64,000 bases of DNA. It comes from Deltaproteobacteria bacterium TMED58 (GTDB lineage Bacteria > Desulfobacterota_D > UBA1144). A program made the position numbers and the translations under genes. The stretch lies in assembly GCA_002167555.2 (NCBI GenBank), contig NHDL02000001.1, positions 131,392-195,391 of the forward strand. Reading direction: 5' to 3'. Shown here one piece after another: positions 33,458 to 43,461 of this stretch (position 1 is its first letter; each line of letters opens with the position of its first letter). The notes beneath the pieces were generated by a model that worked only from the letters and a program-made list of their open reading frames with translations, did not search any database and was not told the DNA's origin.

Positions 33458-34031
33458 GGACGTTGGTAAAATTGAGAAAAAAATTTTACAGAAAACTGGC
33501 GAATATTTAATCAGAATTAAATGTAATATGCTAAACCCAAAGAATTTTAAATTAGGCGAATCAATTGCTGTAAATGGAGTTTGTCTAACAGTAACAAAAA
33601 GTGGTAAGACTTATTTTGAGACTCTGGCATCATTAGAGACTCTTTCAAAGACTAATTTGGGAAATAAATCAGTTAATGATTATGTAAATCTTGAAAGAGC
33701 TATGAAAGCAAATGGACGCTTTGGTGGCCATATTGTAAGTGGTCATGTTGATACGCTAGGCAAAGTTACAAATGTGAAAAAAGCTGGAAAATCAGTTGAA
33801 TATTGGTTTCGTATAAATAAGAAATTAACTAAATATATTATTGAGAAGGGATCTATAACAATAGATGGAATAAGCCTGACGATTAATATAGTAAGATTGA
33901 ATATCTTTTCAGTAAATATAATTCCTCACACTTCTCAAAACACAATTTCAAATTCATGGTTAAATAAATCAGAGGTTAATCTAGAATTTGATATGATTGC
34001 AAAATATATAGAGAAGATGGTGAAAAAATGA
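33438..34031 (+). CDS. ribE: riboflavin synthase (alpha chain)
   Basis: Canonical (M)FTGIVEDVGKI N-terminus is reached from TTG 33438, 8 nt after AAGGAG (33424-33429). The tracked ORF starts at GTG 33429. Internal duplication with GHIVSGHVD. Confidence 0.9.
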   Translation: MFTGIVEDVGKIEKKILQKTGEYLIRIKCNMLNPKNFKLGESIAVNGVCLTVTKSGKTYFETLASLETLSKTNLGNKSVNDYVNLERAMKANGRFGGHIVSGHVDTLGKVTNVKKAGKSVEYWFRINKKLTKYIIEKGSITIDGISLTINIVRLNIFSVNIIPHTSQNTISNSWLNKSEVNLEFDMIAKYIEKMVKK

Positions 34032-34534
34032 AAAGCATATTTCTAGTGGGCTTTATGGGTGCAGGGAAAACTACTGTTGGTTCTATTTTATCAGAAAAAA
34101 TGAAATTTGATTTTTGTGATACCGATCAAATGATTGTCGAAGAGGAGTCAAGGGAAATAGTAAATATATTTAAGACGGATGGTGAAGAATATTTTAGAGA
34201 TTTAGAATCAAAAAAATTGTATGAAGTACAAAATCGCGAGAATACTATTTTTTCTACTGGCGGGGGAATAATTTTGCGTGAAGAAAATCGAGAAATTCTT
34301 AATAAAAATTTTAGTGTATACCTTAAAGCGTCTTATGAAGAAATATTCTCTAGAATAAAAAAAGATACAACCCGACCTTTACTAAATAATGAGGATCCAT
34401 ATAATACAGGCCTTAAGATTTTTGAATCGAGAAAAGAATTATATGATTCATTTTTATTATTTGTAGAGACAGATTTTATTTCTCCTGAATTGGTTGCAGA
34501 CAAGATTTATAACTTGTATAGAAATAAAACATGA
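34028..34534 (+). CDS. aroK: shikimate kinase
   Basis: 168 aa. Walker A GFMGAGKTTVG. FRDLE and STGGG motifs. Confidence 0.85.
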   Translation: MKSIFLVGFMGAGKTTVGSILSEKMKFDFCDTDQMIVEEESREIVNIFKTDGEEYFRDLESKKLYEVQNRENTIFSTGGGIILREENREILNKNFSVYLKASYEEIFSRIKKDTTRPLLNNEDPYNTGLKIFESRKELYDSFLLFVETDFISPELVADKIYNLYRNKT

Positions 34535-35589
34535 AGAAAGAATTAGACCTAACAAACCAGATTAAGAATATAATTTTATCTAATGGTTTTGATTCAGTAG
34601 GAGTTTCTGAGGCTCATAAATTAGATGATGAATTCTTTCTCGCAAATTGGATTCAGAAGGATTTTCATGGAAGCATGAAATATATGGAAGATGTCGAAAA
34701 GAGGTCTGATGTAAGGAAAATTGATTCAAATTTTAAATCAGTGATTAGCTGCACCCTAAACTACAATACTTTAGATAAAGAAAAAAGCTCCATGTTGGCA
34801 GAAAAAAAAGGAAAAGGTTGGATTTCAAGATATGCGATAGGCGATGATTATCATAAAATAATTGAAAAGAAACTAAAAAAAATAGGATTTCTTATAAAAA
34901 AACTATATTCAGAAACAGTTAACGTTAGAGCATATGTTGATACTGGTCCTTTACTTGAAAGAGCATATGCGTCACGGTCTGGATTGGGTTGGATAGGAAA
35001 GAATTCTTGTTTGATCAATAGAGGTCAGGGTTCATGGATTTTTCTTTCTAACATTCTACTAGACCAGAAGCTAAAGTTTGATGATGTAACTACTAAAGAT
35101 TTTTGTGGGACATGTACTTTGTGTATTGATTCATGTCCTACTAATGCGATAGTCGATAATAAAATTATTGATTCCAGAAAGTGTATTTCCTATTTAACAA
35201 TTGAAAACAGAAATTACATTGAAGATGCTTTGGCTAGTAAGATTAAGAATAATATATATGGTTGTGATATTTGCCAGGAAGTTTGCCCGTGGAATAGAAA
35301 ATCAATAATTGATTTAGAAAATGGCATTAATCCTAAAAATTTATTGATTGAACCTGACATAATTAATCTGATTTCCATAGTTGAGGAAGATTGGGAAACT
35401 CTTAAAATAAAAAGCCCTTTGAAGAGGGTTAAGAAAGATGGATTAATAAGAAATATTTTGATAGTTATGGGCAATTCTTTAAATAAAAAATATTTATCTA
35501 TTTTACAGAAGTATTTAGAAAGTAAGAATCTGATTCATTCAATGACAGCTAGAGATTCAATTAAAAGAATTAAGAGTCATATATCTTGA
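34531..35589 (+). CDS. queG: tRNA epoxyqueuosine(34) reductase
   Basis: 352 aa. Ferredoxin-type CGTCTLCIDSCP and CDICQEVCPWN motifs. QueG-like N-terminal domain. Confidence 0.9.
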   Translation: MKKELDLTNQIKNIILSNGFDSVGVSEAHKLDDEFFLANWIQKDFHGSMKYMEDVEKRSDVRKIDSNFKSVISCTLNYNTLDKEKSSMLAEKKGKGWISRYAIGDDYHKIIEKKLKKIGFLIKKLYSETVNVRAYVDTGPLLERAYASRSGLGWIGKNSCLINRGQGSWIFLSNILLDQKLKFDDVTTKDFCGTCTLCIDSCPTNAIVDNKIIDSRKCISYLTIENRNYIEDALASKIKNNIYGCDICQEVCPWNRKSIIDLENGINPKNLLIEPDIINLISIVEEDWETLKIKSPLKRVKKDGLIRNILIVMGNSLNKKYLSILQKYLESKNLIHSMTARDSIKRIKSHIS

Positions 35590-35637
35590 CACCATTATCT
35601 AATATGTTTAGTTTAATAGTGTTAATTGGAGGTTAAT

Positions 35638-36156
35638 ATGAGTAATGAAAGAGAGGCAGCAGTAACTTTAAAAGGTAACCCAATAACCTTGGTTGGGCCA
35701 GAGCTTAAGGTCGGTGATAAGGCTCCTGATTTTGTTTGTGATCAAGGACTTGCTCCTACAATATCTTTATCTGATATGGTTGGCAAAGTTAAAATATTCA
35801 ATGTTTTACTTTCAATTTCTACACCTGTATGCCAGGCGCAGACTAGAAAGTTCAACGAGGAATTATCTACAATTGGTGGCGATTTAGAAGCATATATTGT
35901 TAGCTCGGATTTGCCAATGTCACATAAAACCTGGTGTGGTGCTGAGGGCATAGAGCTGATAAAAGGTATTGCTGATTATAAAGATAATGTATTTGGTTCA
36001 ACTTATGGTGTCTTAATGAAGGATCATAAATTACTATGCAGAGCTGTTTTTGTAATTGATAAAGAAAATATAATAAGGCATGTAGAATACGTTAGTGAGA
36101 TTTCTCAGGAACCAGATTATGATAAAGCTTTATCTGTAATCAAGGGTTTGGTATAA
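35638..36156 (+). CDS. tpx: thiol peroxidase (Tpx-type peroxiredoxin)
   Basis: LKGNPITLVGPELKVGDKAPDF and the peroxidatic Cys context STPVC. ATG 35638 sits behind GGAGG (35628-35632). The tracked ORF begins at TTG 35626. Confidence 0.9.
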   Translation: MSNEREAAVTLKGNPITLVGPELKVGDKAPDFVCDQGLAPTISLSDMVGKVKIFNVLLSISTPVCQAQTRKFNEELSTIGGDLEAYIVSSDLPMSHKTWCGAEGIELIKGIADYKDNVFGSTYGVLMKDHKLLCRAVFVIDKENIIRHVEYVSEISQEPDYDKALSVIKGLV

Positions 36157-36161
36157 AATTT

Positions 36162-36464
36162 ATGTCTGTTACAAAGGAAAATGTTTTAGAAGTTCTATCA
36201 GATGTCTATGACCCTGAGATTCCTATTGATATAGTAAACCTGGGTCTAGTTTATGACGTCGAAGTCGAAGGAACAGTCGTAAATTTAAAAATGACTATGA
36301 CTTCACCCGGTTGTCCTTCGGCAAGAGAAATTGTTTTAGAATCTCAGACTCTTGTTAGCGAGATGGATGGGGTAACGGAAGCAAATGTCGAAATTGTCTG
36401 GGATCCCCCTTGGACGCCAGAAAAAATGAGTGATGAAGCTCGTGTTAGTATGGGTATGGATTAA
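36162..36464 (+). CDS. DUF59/MIP18-family Fe-S cluster assembly protein (SufT/PaaD-like)
   Basis: 100 aa. VYDPEIPIDIVNLGLVY and MTSPGCP motifs typical of DUF59. Confidence 0.8.
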   Translation: MSVTKENVLEVLSDVYDPEIPIDIVNLGLVYDVEVEGTVVNLKMTMTSPGCPSAREIVLESQTLVSEMDGVTEANVEIVWDPPWTPEKMSDEARVSMGMD

Positions 36465-36466
36465 TT

Positions 36467-36916
36467 ATGAAGTCTTTAAATATTGGGAATAAAGCTCCTA
36501 AGTTTAGTTATAAAAATAGTGATGGAAATAAAGACTCATTGGACAATTATCTGGGATCTAAAGTTCTACTTTGTTTCTACCCTAAAGATAATACTCCTGG
36601 TTGTACTTCTGAGGCTTGTTCCTTGAGTGAATCAATTGTTAAGTTTGATGAGCAAAAAGTAAAAGTTTTTGGAATAAGCAAGGATAATGAAGTGTCACAT
36701 CAAAAGTTTGTTAGTAAATATAATTTAAAAATAACTCTGATACCTGATCCTGAATTAAAAATCATTACAAAATATGGAGTTTTAAACGATAAAGGTTCTG
36801 CAAAGCGAACAACTTTTCTAATAGATGAAGACGGAAAAATAATTAATATATGGTTTAAGGTAAATACGAAAGCTCACGCTGAGGAAGTACTCCAATTTAT
36901 TGATGAGAATTCATGA
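36467..36916 (+). CDS. bcp: peroxiredoxin Bcp/PrxQ
   Basis: 149 aa. FYPKDNTPGCTSEAC active-site motif. Confidence 0.9.
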   Translation: MKSLNIGNKAPKFSYKNSDGNKDSLDNYLGSKVLLCFYPKDNTPGCTSEACSLSESIVKFDEQKVKVFGISKDNEVSHQKFVSKYNLKITLIPDPELKIITKYGVLNDKGSAKRTTFLIDEDGKIINIWFKVNTKAHAEEVLQFIDENS

Positions 36917-37656
36917 TTTTCTTTGTCTCAGGTAACGATACAAATATTGGAAAGACTTTTGTCTCTTCATTGTTAATTAAGCTTCTTAAAAGTAAATATG
37001 AGAAAGTTGCTTATATAAAGCCTATAGAAAGCGGGATTAAAAATTTAAAAAACTCCGATTTATCTAAAGTAAGGAATCTTTATAATCTAGGAGAAGAGGT
37101 AGATTTTTATCAATTTAGCATTTTTAATGAGCCCGTAGCACCTTTAACTGCTTCAATAATTGAAAAGAAAAAAATTAATTACCAATCTATAGTTAAAAAA
37201 ATTAAAAAATTAGAGAGTGAATATGACATCATGCTAATAGAAGGGGCAGGTGGACTTAGAGTCCCATTGACAATGGATAAGGAAATAGTTGATTTAATAA
37301 AATCAATAAAGGCAAGAGTATTGTTGGTTATTAGCCCTAATTTAGGGACTTTAAATCACACATATATGTCAATTGAAACTTTAAAATCCAGAAAAATTAA
37401 ATTTGAAGGCATAATCATAAATTCCTATCCAAAAAATCCAAATATTTCTAATCTTCATAATCCTATTTTAATTAATAAGAAAAAAATCAACATTCTTGGT
37501 GTTGTCCCTAAAATCTCAAAAAGTAATCAAAAAAATAAAAATTTTAGGTTAAAAAGTTTTTTTCATCCTCTTTTAGGTGGCCAATTTAGTCAACGAGAAT
37601 TTATAAAAAAATGTCAAGATAAATTCAACATACTGTTAAAGAAATACGCCAATTGA
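36913..37656 (+). CDS. bioD: dethiobiotin synthase
   Basis: 247 aa. P-loop GNDTNIGKT. EGAGGLRVPL motif. Confidence 0.8.
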   Translation: MIFFVSGNDTNIGKTFVSSLLIKLLKSKYEKVAYIKPIESGIKNLKNSDLSKVRNLYNLGEEVDFYQFSIFNEPVAPLTASIIEKKKINYQSIVKKIKKLESEYDIMLIEGAGGLRVPLTMDKEIVDLIKSIKARVLLVISPNLGTLNHTYMSIETLKSRKIKFEGIIINSYPKNPNISNLHNPILINKKKINILGVVPKISKSNQKNKNFRLKSFFHPLLGGQFSQREFIKKCQDKFNILLKKYAN

Positions 37657-37725
37657 CAGTAATTATGACTATGATATCATTTTTACCAGTCCCCATACTC
37701 AAGTTGCAAAAGAGGAATTATAAAG

Positions 37726-38514
37726 TTGTCGAAGAAGCTCACAATAGTAACGATATTAGCCTTATTGGCAACAGTTTTAATTTCTTATTTTGCTTTTTTT
37801 AAAGACTACGAACCTCATCAGCCAATCGCATTTAGTCACAAAATACACTCGGGTGTAAATGAGATTCCATGTACTTATTGTCATGCTTATGTAGGGAAGT
37901 CATCTCAGCCCGGCATACCTTCAGTCATGGAGTGTATGGGCTGTCATAAATATGTTAATGCAAAATATGACCCTAAGGACCCAAAAAGGATTTATGAATA
38001 TAATGGTGAGCTGATTGATCCTACAAACTACTTGTATGATGGAAGAAAGAGAATTAATTTCGAAAATGAGATAAAAAAACTTACGGGTTATTGGGAAAGA
38101 AAGGAATCCATTGTGTGGGTTAATTATCATTACGTACCAGAGCATGCCAAATTTCCTCACAAGCCACATATAAGATATGGATTAGAATGTAAAACTTGTC
38201 ATGGAGATGTTGAAAATATTGACCAGCCTAGACCAATTACAACAATGCAGATGGGTTGGTGTATAAGTTGTCACGAAGAGAAATTACAGAAGAAATTTGA
38301 TGATTTTGAAAAAATCCATCCTAATATATCTAAATTAAGTGAACATGAGAAGCGAAATATGTCTCACACAGGTAGAATTCAATCTAGAAAATTATATAAA
38401 GATTTCGATAGAAAATTAGGAGATGAACATAAACTTAATAAAGGAAAAGAGAAGTTAATCAATATCAATAAGGAGGTTGCTTGGTTGAAAGACTGTTCAA
38501 CTTGTCATTATTAA
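37726..38514 (+). CDS. actA: Alternative Complex III subunit ActA, pentahaem cytochrome c
   Basis: 262 aa, N-terminal TM/signal. Five CxxCH sites: CTYCH, CMGCH, CKTCH, CISCH, CSTCH. First gene of the act operon. TTG start after AAGAGGAA. Confidence 0.85.
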   Translation: MSKKLTIVTILALLATVLISYFAFFKDYEPHQPIAFSHKIHSGVNEIPCTYCHAYVGKSSQPGIPSVMECMGCHKYVNAKYDPKDPKRIYEYNGELIDPTNYLYDGRKRINFENEIKKLTGYWERKESIVWVNYHYVPEHAKFPHKPHIRYGLECKTCHGDVENIDQPRPITTMQMGWCISCHEEKLQKKFDDFEKIHPNISKLSEHEKRNMSHTGRIQSRKLYKDFDRKLGDEHKLNKGKEKLININKEVAWLKDCSTCHY

Positions 38515-38535
38515 CCAGGTAACATTTAGTAAATT

Positions 38536-41475
38536 ATGAGTAACGATAAAGGAAAAAAGGGCACGCTAAACAGAAGAGATTTCTTAAAGGCTTTAACTGC
38601 TATTGGTGGTGCAGCAGTGGTATCATCAGGATGCACACCTGAGCCACTAGATAAATTAGTGTCTTATGCTATCCCACCTGAAGATGTTATTCCTGGAATA
38701 CCAAATTATTATTCAACTGTTTTACCCTTCTCACCTGTCGGAGCTCCTGTTGAAGTAAAAGTTAGGGAAGGAAGAGCTATATTTATTGGGGGAAATAAAC
38801 TTGACCCGATATCTAATGGTGGTGTTTCTTCAGAATCACAAGCCTCATTGCAGGGTCTTTATGATCCAGACAGAATTAAACAGCCACTGTATAAAAATAA
38901 TAGAGGAGATTTATCGCCTATTTCTTGGGGATCAGCTCTTGAAATCTTAACCAAGAAATTAAATGAAAAAAATCAGAATATATATATAATTACCGATAAC
39001 ACTACCGGCACTTTAGATAATCTTCTTACAAATTTTTCCACCAAAATTGGAGCAAATAGAATCAAATATGAAACTTTTTCTTTTGAGCATATTGCCGAAG
39101 CAAATAAAGTTACATTTGGACAAAAACTTATACCAACTTATAAAATTGATCAGGCAAATTATCTACTTAGCTTTGGAGTTGACTTTCTTGAGACATGGCT
39201 ATCTCCAAATGAGTATGGTGCTAGATTTGAGAAGATGCACTCTTTAAAAAAGGACTCCAAAGGAAAGTTTGTACAAGTGGAGCCGAAACTAACTTTGACA
39301 GGTGCAAAAGCTGATGACTGGGTACCAGCAAAACCAGGTACAAATTTATATTTAGTACTAGGAATAATAAATTATATAAAATCTAAAAGACTTAATAAAA
39401 AATCTGTTCCAGAAACTTTTACAAATTTATCTAATTTTACTTTGGAAAAAACCAGTAATCTAACTGGTATATCTATCGAATCTATAGAGAAGATTGCAAT
39501 TGATTTTGCTTCATCAGATTCTTCCTTAGCAATTGGTGGTGGGATAGCATCTGCTGATGAGAATCAATCAAAAACTATGATTGCAATTAATATCTTAAAT
39601 TATATTACTGATAACCTAGATAAATATGACTTTGATAATCACTATATGATTTCAAATGCTTCATCATATCAGGAAATTTTAAAATTCAGAGAAGATGCCG
39701 CTAACGGCAATGTAGACTTATTAATCTCATATAATGCTAACCCTGTATATAACCTGTCTGATTCTCTCAATATTCAATCAGCATTACAAAAAATTCCATA
39801 TAAAGTAAGTTTTTCATCTATATTAGATGAAACCTCAGAGTTATCTGACCTTATTTTGCCAGACCAACACCCACTAGAGCAGTGGGGTGATTATGAAGGC
39901 AAAAAAAATACCAGGTATATAATGCAACCGACAATGAAAGCGCTTTATGGGAACTTGTCAATCGGAGATTCCATAGTTTCTATTTTTAATAATGTAGAGC
40001 CAAAAAACCAAAAAATAGAAGAGAGCTCATATCTAGATTATTTAAAAAATTCCTGGGCAGCGACTTATTCTCCAACCTCTTTTAGATCTTTTTGGAACCA
40101 AGTTTTAAAGGATGGAGGCGTATTTAATCAAGTTCCTCCTAAAGTTGAAGCTAGCTTTAATCCTAATAAAAAATTTACCGTTAAGATTAAAGATGACATT
40201 GGGGATAGATTAAATTTATTTATAACACCTAACTACAGACTTTATGACGGGCGTGGTGCCAACAAGACATGGCTTCAAGAATTACCGGACTTACTTACTA
40301 CCGCAGTTTGGGATTCATGGGTTGAGATTAATTCTAAGCTTGCTGAGAAGTTGAATATAATTGAAGGTGATTTTGTTGATATAGAAACAGATCATGGAAA
40401 GGTCACCACACAAGCTTATTTATCAAAAGCTATGAGACCTGACACAATTTCTATAACCCTGGGACAAGGGCATACTTCATATGGTAGATATGCCGAGAAT
40501 AGAGGTGTTAACCCTGTAAACCTTCTAAATGGTACTAGTGTTGGAGATGCTGGAAATTTAAATTGGTCTTCCGGTAAAGTGTCAATAAATAAAACTGGAA
40601 ATTGGGAGAAGTTAGTTAAAGTCCAGCATTCATATTCCCAAGATAACAGAGATATAGCTCAAACTATCGCCTTATCCGAAATTGTTAAGCATGACGATCA
40701 TCATGATGATCATCATGATGGACATCATCATGCTAGAGATATGTACAGAGAGTATGATTACTTTATCCACAAATGGGGTATGAATATAGATTTAGATAAA
40801 TGTACTGGATGTGGCGCTTGTGTTACCGCTTGCTATGCGGAAAATAATATCCCTGTTGTAGGAAAGGAACAAGTTGGAAATGGGCGATATATGTCTTGGC
40901 TAACCTTAGAGAGGTTTCAGACTGAGGAAGAAGACTATTTAGATTCTGTAAGAGTTGATACAAGAGTTATACCACAGCTATGTCAACATTGTGAAAATGC
41001 TCCATGTGAACCTGTTTGTCCAGTTTTTGCTACATATCATAATCCAGAGGGAATTAATGTAATGGTTTATAGTAGATGTGTTGGAACAAGGTATTGTTCT
41101 AATAACTGCTCATATAAAGTTCGAAGGTTTAATTGGTTTAAATATGAAATGCCAGAGCCATTAAACTTACAACTTAATCCTGATGTGACCGTTAGGTCAA
41201 GAGGAATCATGGAGAAGTGTAATTTTTGCATACAAAGGATTACGGCAGCCAAAGATGTAGCTAGAGATGAAGATAGAAAATTAAGAGATGGTGAAGTTGA
41301 GACTGCATGCCAAAGTGTATGTGGCTGTAATGCAATAGTCTTTGGAGATCTTAATGAACCAAGTTCTAAAGTATCAAAAATGGTTGAAGATAAAAGGTCA
41401 TATAAGTTATTAGCTGAACTTAATACAAGGCCATCAGTGTCTTACCTTAAAAAAATCGAGTGGGATAAATCATGA
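38536..41475 (+). CDS. actB: Alternative Complex III subunit ActB (molybdopterin-oxidoreductase-like B1 fused to 4-cluster Fe-S B2)
   Basis: 979 aa. Tat signal RRDFLKALTAIGGAAV. CISM-like N-terminal part. C-terminal ferredoxin motifs CTGCGACVTAC, CQHCENAPCEPVCP, CVGTRYCSNNC. Followed by NrfD-like actC. Confidence 0.9.
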   Translation: MSNDKGKKGTLNRRDFLKALTAIGGAAVVSSGCTPEPLDKLVSYAIPPEDVIPGIPNYYSTVLPFSPVGAPVEVKVREGRAIFIGGNKLDPISNGGVSSESQASLQGLYDPDRIKQPLYKNNRGDLSPISWGSALEILTKKLNEKNQNIYIITDNTTGTLDNLLTNFSTKIGANRIKYETFSFEHIAEANKVTFGQKLIPTYKIDQANYLLSFGVDFLETWLSPNEYGARFEKMHSLKKDSKGKFVQVEPKLTLTGAKADDWVPAKPGTNLYLVLGIINYIKSKRLNKKSVPETFTNLSNFTLEKTSNLTGISIESIEKIAIDFASSDSSLAIGGGIASADENQSKTMIAINILNYITDNLDKYDFDNHYMISNASSYQEILKFREDAANGNVDLLISYNANPVYNLSDSLNIQSALQKIPYKVSFSSILDETSELSDLILPDQHPLEQWGDYEGKKNTRYIMQPTMKALYGNLSIGDSIVSIFNNVEPKNQKIEESSYLDYLKNSWAATYSPTSFRSFWNQVLKDGGVFNQVPPKVEASFNPNKKFTVKIKDDIGDRLNLFITPNYRLYDGRGANKTWLQELPDLLTTAVWDSWVEINSKLAEKLNIIEGDFVDIETDHGKVTTQAYLSKAMRPDTISITLGQGHTSYGRYAENRGVNPVNLLNGTSVGDAGNLNWSSGKVSINKTGNWEKLVKVQHSYSQDNRDIAQTIALSEIVKHDDHHDDHHDGHHHARDMYREYDYFIHKWGMNIDLDKCTGCGACVTACYAENNIPVVGKEQVGNGRYMSWLTLERFQTEEEDYLDSVRVDTRVIPQLCQHCENAPCEPVCPVFATYHNPEGINVMVYSRCVGTRYCSNNCSYKVRRFNWFKYEMPEPLNLQLNPDVTVRSRGIMEKCNFCIQRITAAKDVARDEDRKLRDGEVETACQSVCGCNAIVFGDLNEPSSKVSKMVEDKRSYKLLAELNTRPSVSYLKKIEWDKS
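40690..40731 (+). other. His/Asp-rich linker HDDHHDDHHDGHHH inside ActB, between the B1 and B2 modules
   Basis: Codons CAT GAC GAT CAT CAT GAT GAT CAT CAT GAT GGA CAT CAT CAT read directly, in frame with actB. Confidence 0.9.
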
Positions 41476-42815
41476 GTCAGATAGCAGAAGCAGATAAGTA
41501 CTCCAATCTAAACAAGACTGTTATGAATATGCTCAATAAGCCTTCTTTTGGCTGGTGGGCAATATTTATTTTTGATATGATTTTCCTTGCTTTTGGAATA
41601 TATTGCTTTATTTATCAAGTTTATACTGGATTAGGCGTAGCAGGATATAGCCATCCAGTATTGTGGGGAGTCTATATTACGGACTTTGTGTTTTGGGTTG
41701 GTATAGCTCACTCTGGTACTTTGATTTCTGCGGTTCTATTTTTATTTAGAGCTAAATTTAGAATGTCTATTTATAGAATAGCTGAAGCAATGACTGTTTT
41801 TGCTGTTGCAACTGCGGGATTATTTCCAATAATTCATTTAGGGAGACCGTGGAATTTCTACTGGCTTTTGCCTTATCCAAACCAAAGAGGTTTGTGGGTT
41901 AATTTTGATTCTCCTTTACTATGGGATGTTTTTGCGGTTAGTACGTATGCAACCATTAGCTCAGTTTTCTTCTTTATTGGAATGATTCCTGATATTGCTG
42001 CAATTCGTGACACTGTAGTAGGGAAGGCAAAAAAAGCACTTTATTCTGTGTTATCTCTGGGATGGAAAGGTTCAAATTGGGAATGGAGCACTTATACTAG
42101 GGCTTATTTTTATTTTGCATGTTTTGCTACACCTCTTGTTATATCTGTACACAGTGTTGTTTCATGGGATTTTGCAATGGCAAATACTCCTGGATGGCAT
42201 ACAACTATTTTTCCGCCATATTTTGTCGCCGGAGCTATTTTTTCAGGATTAGCGATGGTTATAACTTTATGTATCCCACTAAGATTGATTTTTAAATTAG
42301 AGGACTATATAACAATGGAAAATTTTGAGGGAATGTCTAAGATGATAATTTTAACCTCATGCATTGTTTTTTATGCATACCTAATCGAGTTTTTCATTGC
42401 CTGGTATAGTGGAAATAAATATGAATATGATCAATTCTTATATAGGGCCAATGGAGACTATGCATTCTTTTATTGGACTATGATGTTCTGTAATGGAATT
42501 GTTCCTCATGCCTTATGGTTCAAAAAAATAAGAAACAACCTTGTTATATTATTCATAATTTCTTTATTAATAAATGTTGGGATGTGGTTTGAAAGATTTA
42601 ATATTATTGTAATATCACTATCTAAAGAATTTGAGCCCGGGTCTTGGGGCCTATACAAGCCATCATGGGTTGAGCTCGGAATAACTGTTGGTAGCTTCGC
42701 ATGGTTCTTTATGTTCTTCTTGATTTTTGTAAGAACACTTCCTGCTCTCTCAATTGCAGAGATAAAAGAAATACTTCCTGTTCCAAGAAAGAATGGAGGT
42801 TCAAATCATGAGTGA
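41472..42815 (+). CDS. actC: Alternative Complex III subunit ActC (NrfD/PsrC-like quinol-interacting membrane subunit)
   Basis: 447 aa polytopic membrane protein. Operon position after actB, with a 4-nt overlap. Confidence 0.85.
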   Translation: MSQIAEADKYSNLNKTVMNMLNKPSFGWWAIFIFDMIFLAFGIYCFIYQVYTGLGVAGYSHPVLWGVYITDFVFWVGIAHSGTLISAVLFLFRAKFRMSIYRIAEAMTVFAVATAGLFPIIHLGRPWNFYWLLPYPNQRGLWVNFDSPLLWDVFAVSTYATISSVFFFIGMIPDIAAIRDTVVGKAKKALYSVLSLGWKGSNWEWSTYTRAYFYFACFATPLVISVHSVVSWDFAMANTPGWHTTIFPPYFVAGAIFSGLAMVITLCIPLRLIFKLEDYITMENFEGMSKMIILTSCIVFYAYLIEFFIAWYSGNKYEYDQFLYRANGDYAFFYWTMMFCNGIVPHALWFKKIRNNLVILFIISLLINVGMWFERFNIIVISLSKEFEPGSWGLYKPSWVELGITVGSFAWFFMFFLIFVRTLPALSIAEIKEILPVPRKNGGSNHE

Positions 42816-43461
42816 TAGTAGAAAGATTTTGGCAATTTACTCTTATATGGACCTATTAATTGATACAATTAAGGAACTCAGAAGTAAAGGGTTTGAGGAT
42901 ATTCGGGCCTTTTCTCCTGTCCCAAGCCATGAGATAGAAGATGCACTAGATAGGGGTTATGAGCCTAGTAAGGTTAAATACTTTACTCTTTGTGGAGCAA
43001 TTTTAGGAGCATGTGTTGGAGCGGCATTTACAGTTTTAACATCTTTAGATTGGCCTATAGTAACAAGTGCTAAACCAATAGTATCAGTACCTCCCTATAT
43101 GATAATTATTTTCGAATGTATGATTTTAATTGGTGGATTGTCGACTTTTCTTGGATTGATAATTAACTCTAGATTAAGAAAAAACGTTGACCCTATTCAC
43201 TATGACGAAAGATTTAGCAATGATAAGTTTGGAATACTAGTAACAGTTGATAGTGGTGATTTTGAGCAGGTAGAACATATATTAAGAGATTTTGGCTCAG
43301 AAGAATTAAAGTTGAATGGTGAAGTTTTAGAAGAGAAAGTTATTGAAGAGGAAACTGAGGAAGAAAAACCAGCGGAAGCAGCAGCTGATGAAAAACCAGT
43401 TGAAACTGAGGAAGAAAAACCAGCGGAAGCAGCAGCTGATAAAAAAGAGAGTGATTCATGA
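42808..43461 (+). CDS. actD: Alternative Complex III subunit ActD (with acidic/Ala-rich repeat tail)
   Basis: ATG 42808 lies 8 nt after GGAGG (42795-42799). The tracked ORF starts at 42793. It has a soluble N-domain plus two hydrophobic segments. Position is between actC and actE. Confidence 0.7.
   Translation: MSDSRKILAIYSYMDLLIDTIKELRSKGFEDIRAFSPVPSHEIEDALDRGYEPSKVKYFTLCGAILGACVGAAFTVLTSLDWPIVTSAKPIVSVPPYMIIIFECMILIGGLSTFLGLIINSRLRKNVDPIHYDERFSNDKFGILVTVDSGDFEQVEHILRDFGSEELKLNGEVLEEKVIEEETEEEKPAEAAADEKPVETEEEKPAEAAADKKESDS
43351..43440 (+). repeat. perfect 39-nt direct repeat (43351-43389 and 43402-43440; period 51 nt) encoding a duplicated ETEEEKPAEAAAD unit in the ActD tail
   Basis: GAAACTGAGGAAGAAAAACCAGCGGAAGCAGCAGCTGAT occurs twice, read directly. 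Confidence 0.95.

Noticed and set aside
43351-43440. Possible CRISPR-like or satellite repeat
   Set aside because: There are only two copies, in frame inside actD, and they encode a duplicated peptide. There is no repeat-spacer architecture and no cas genes.
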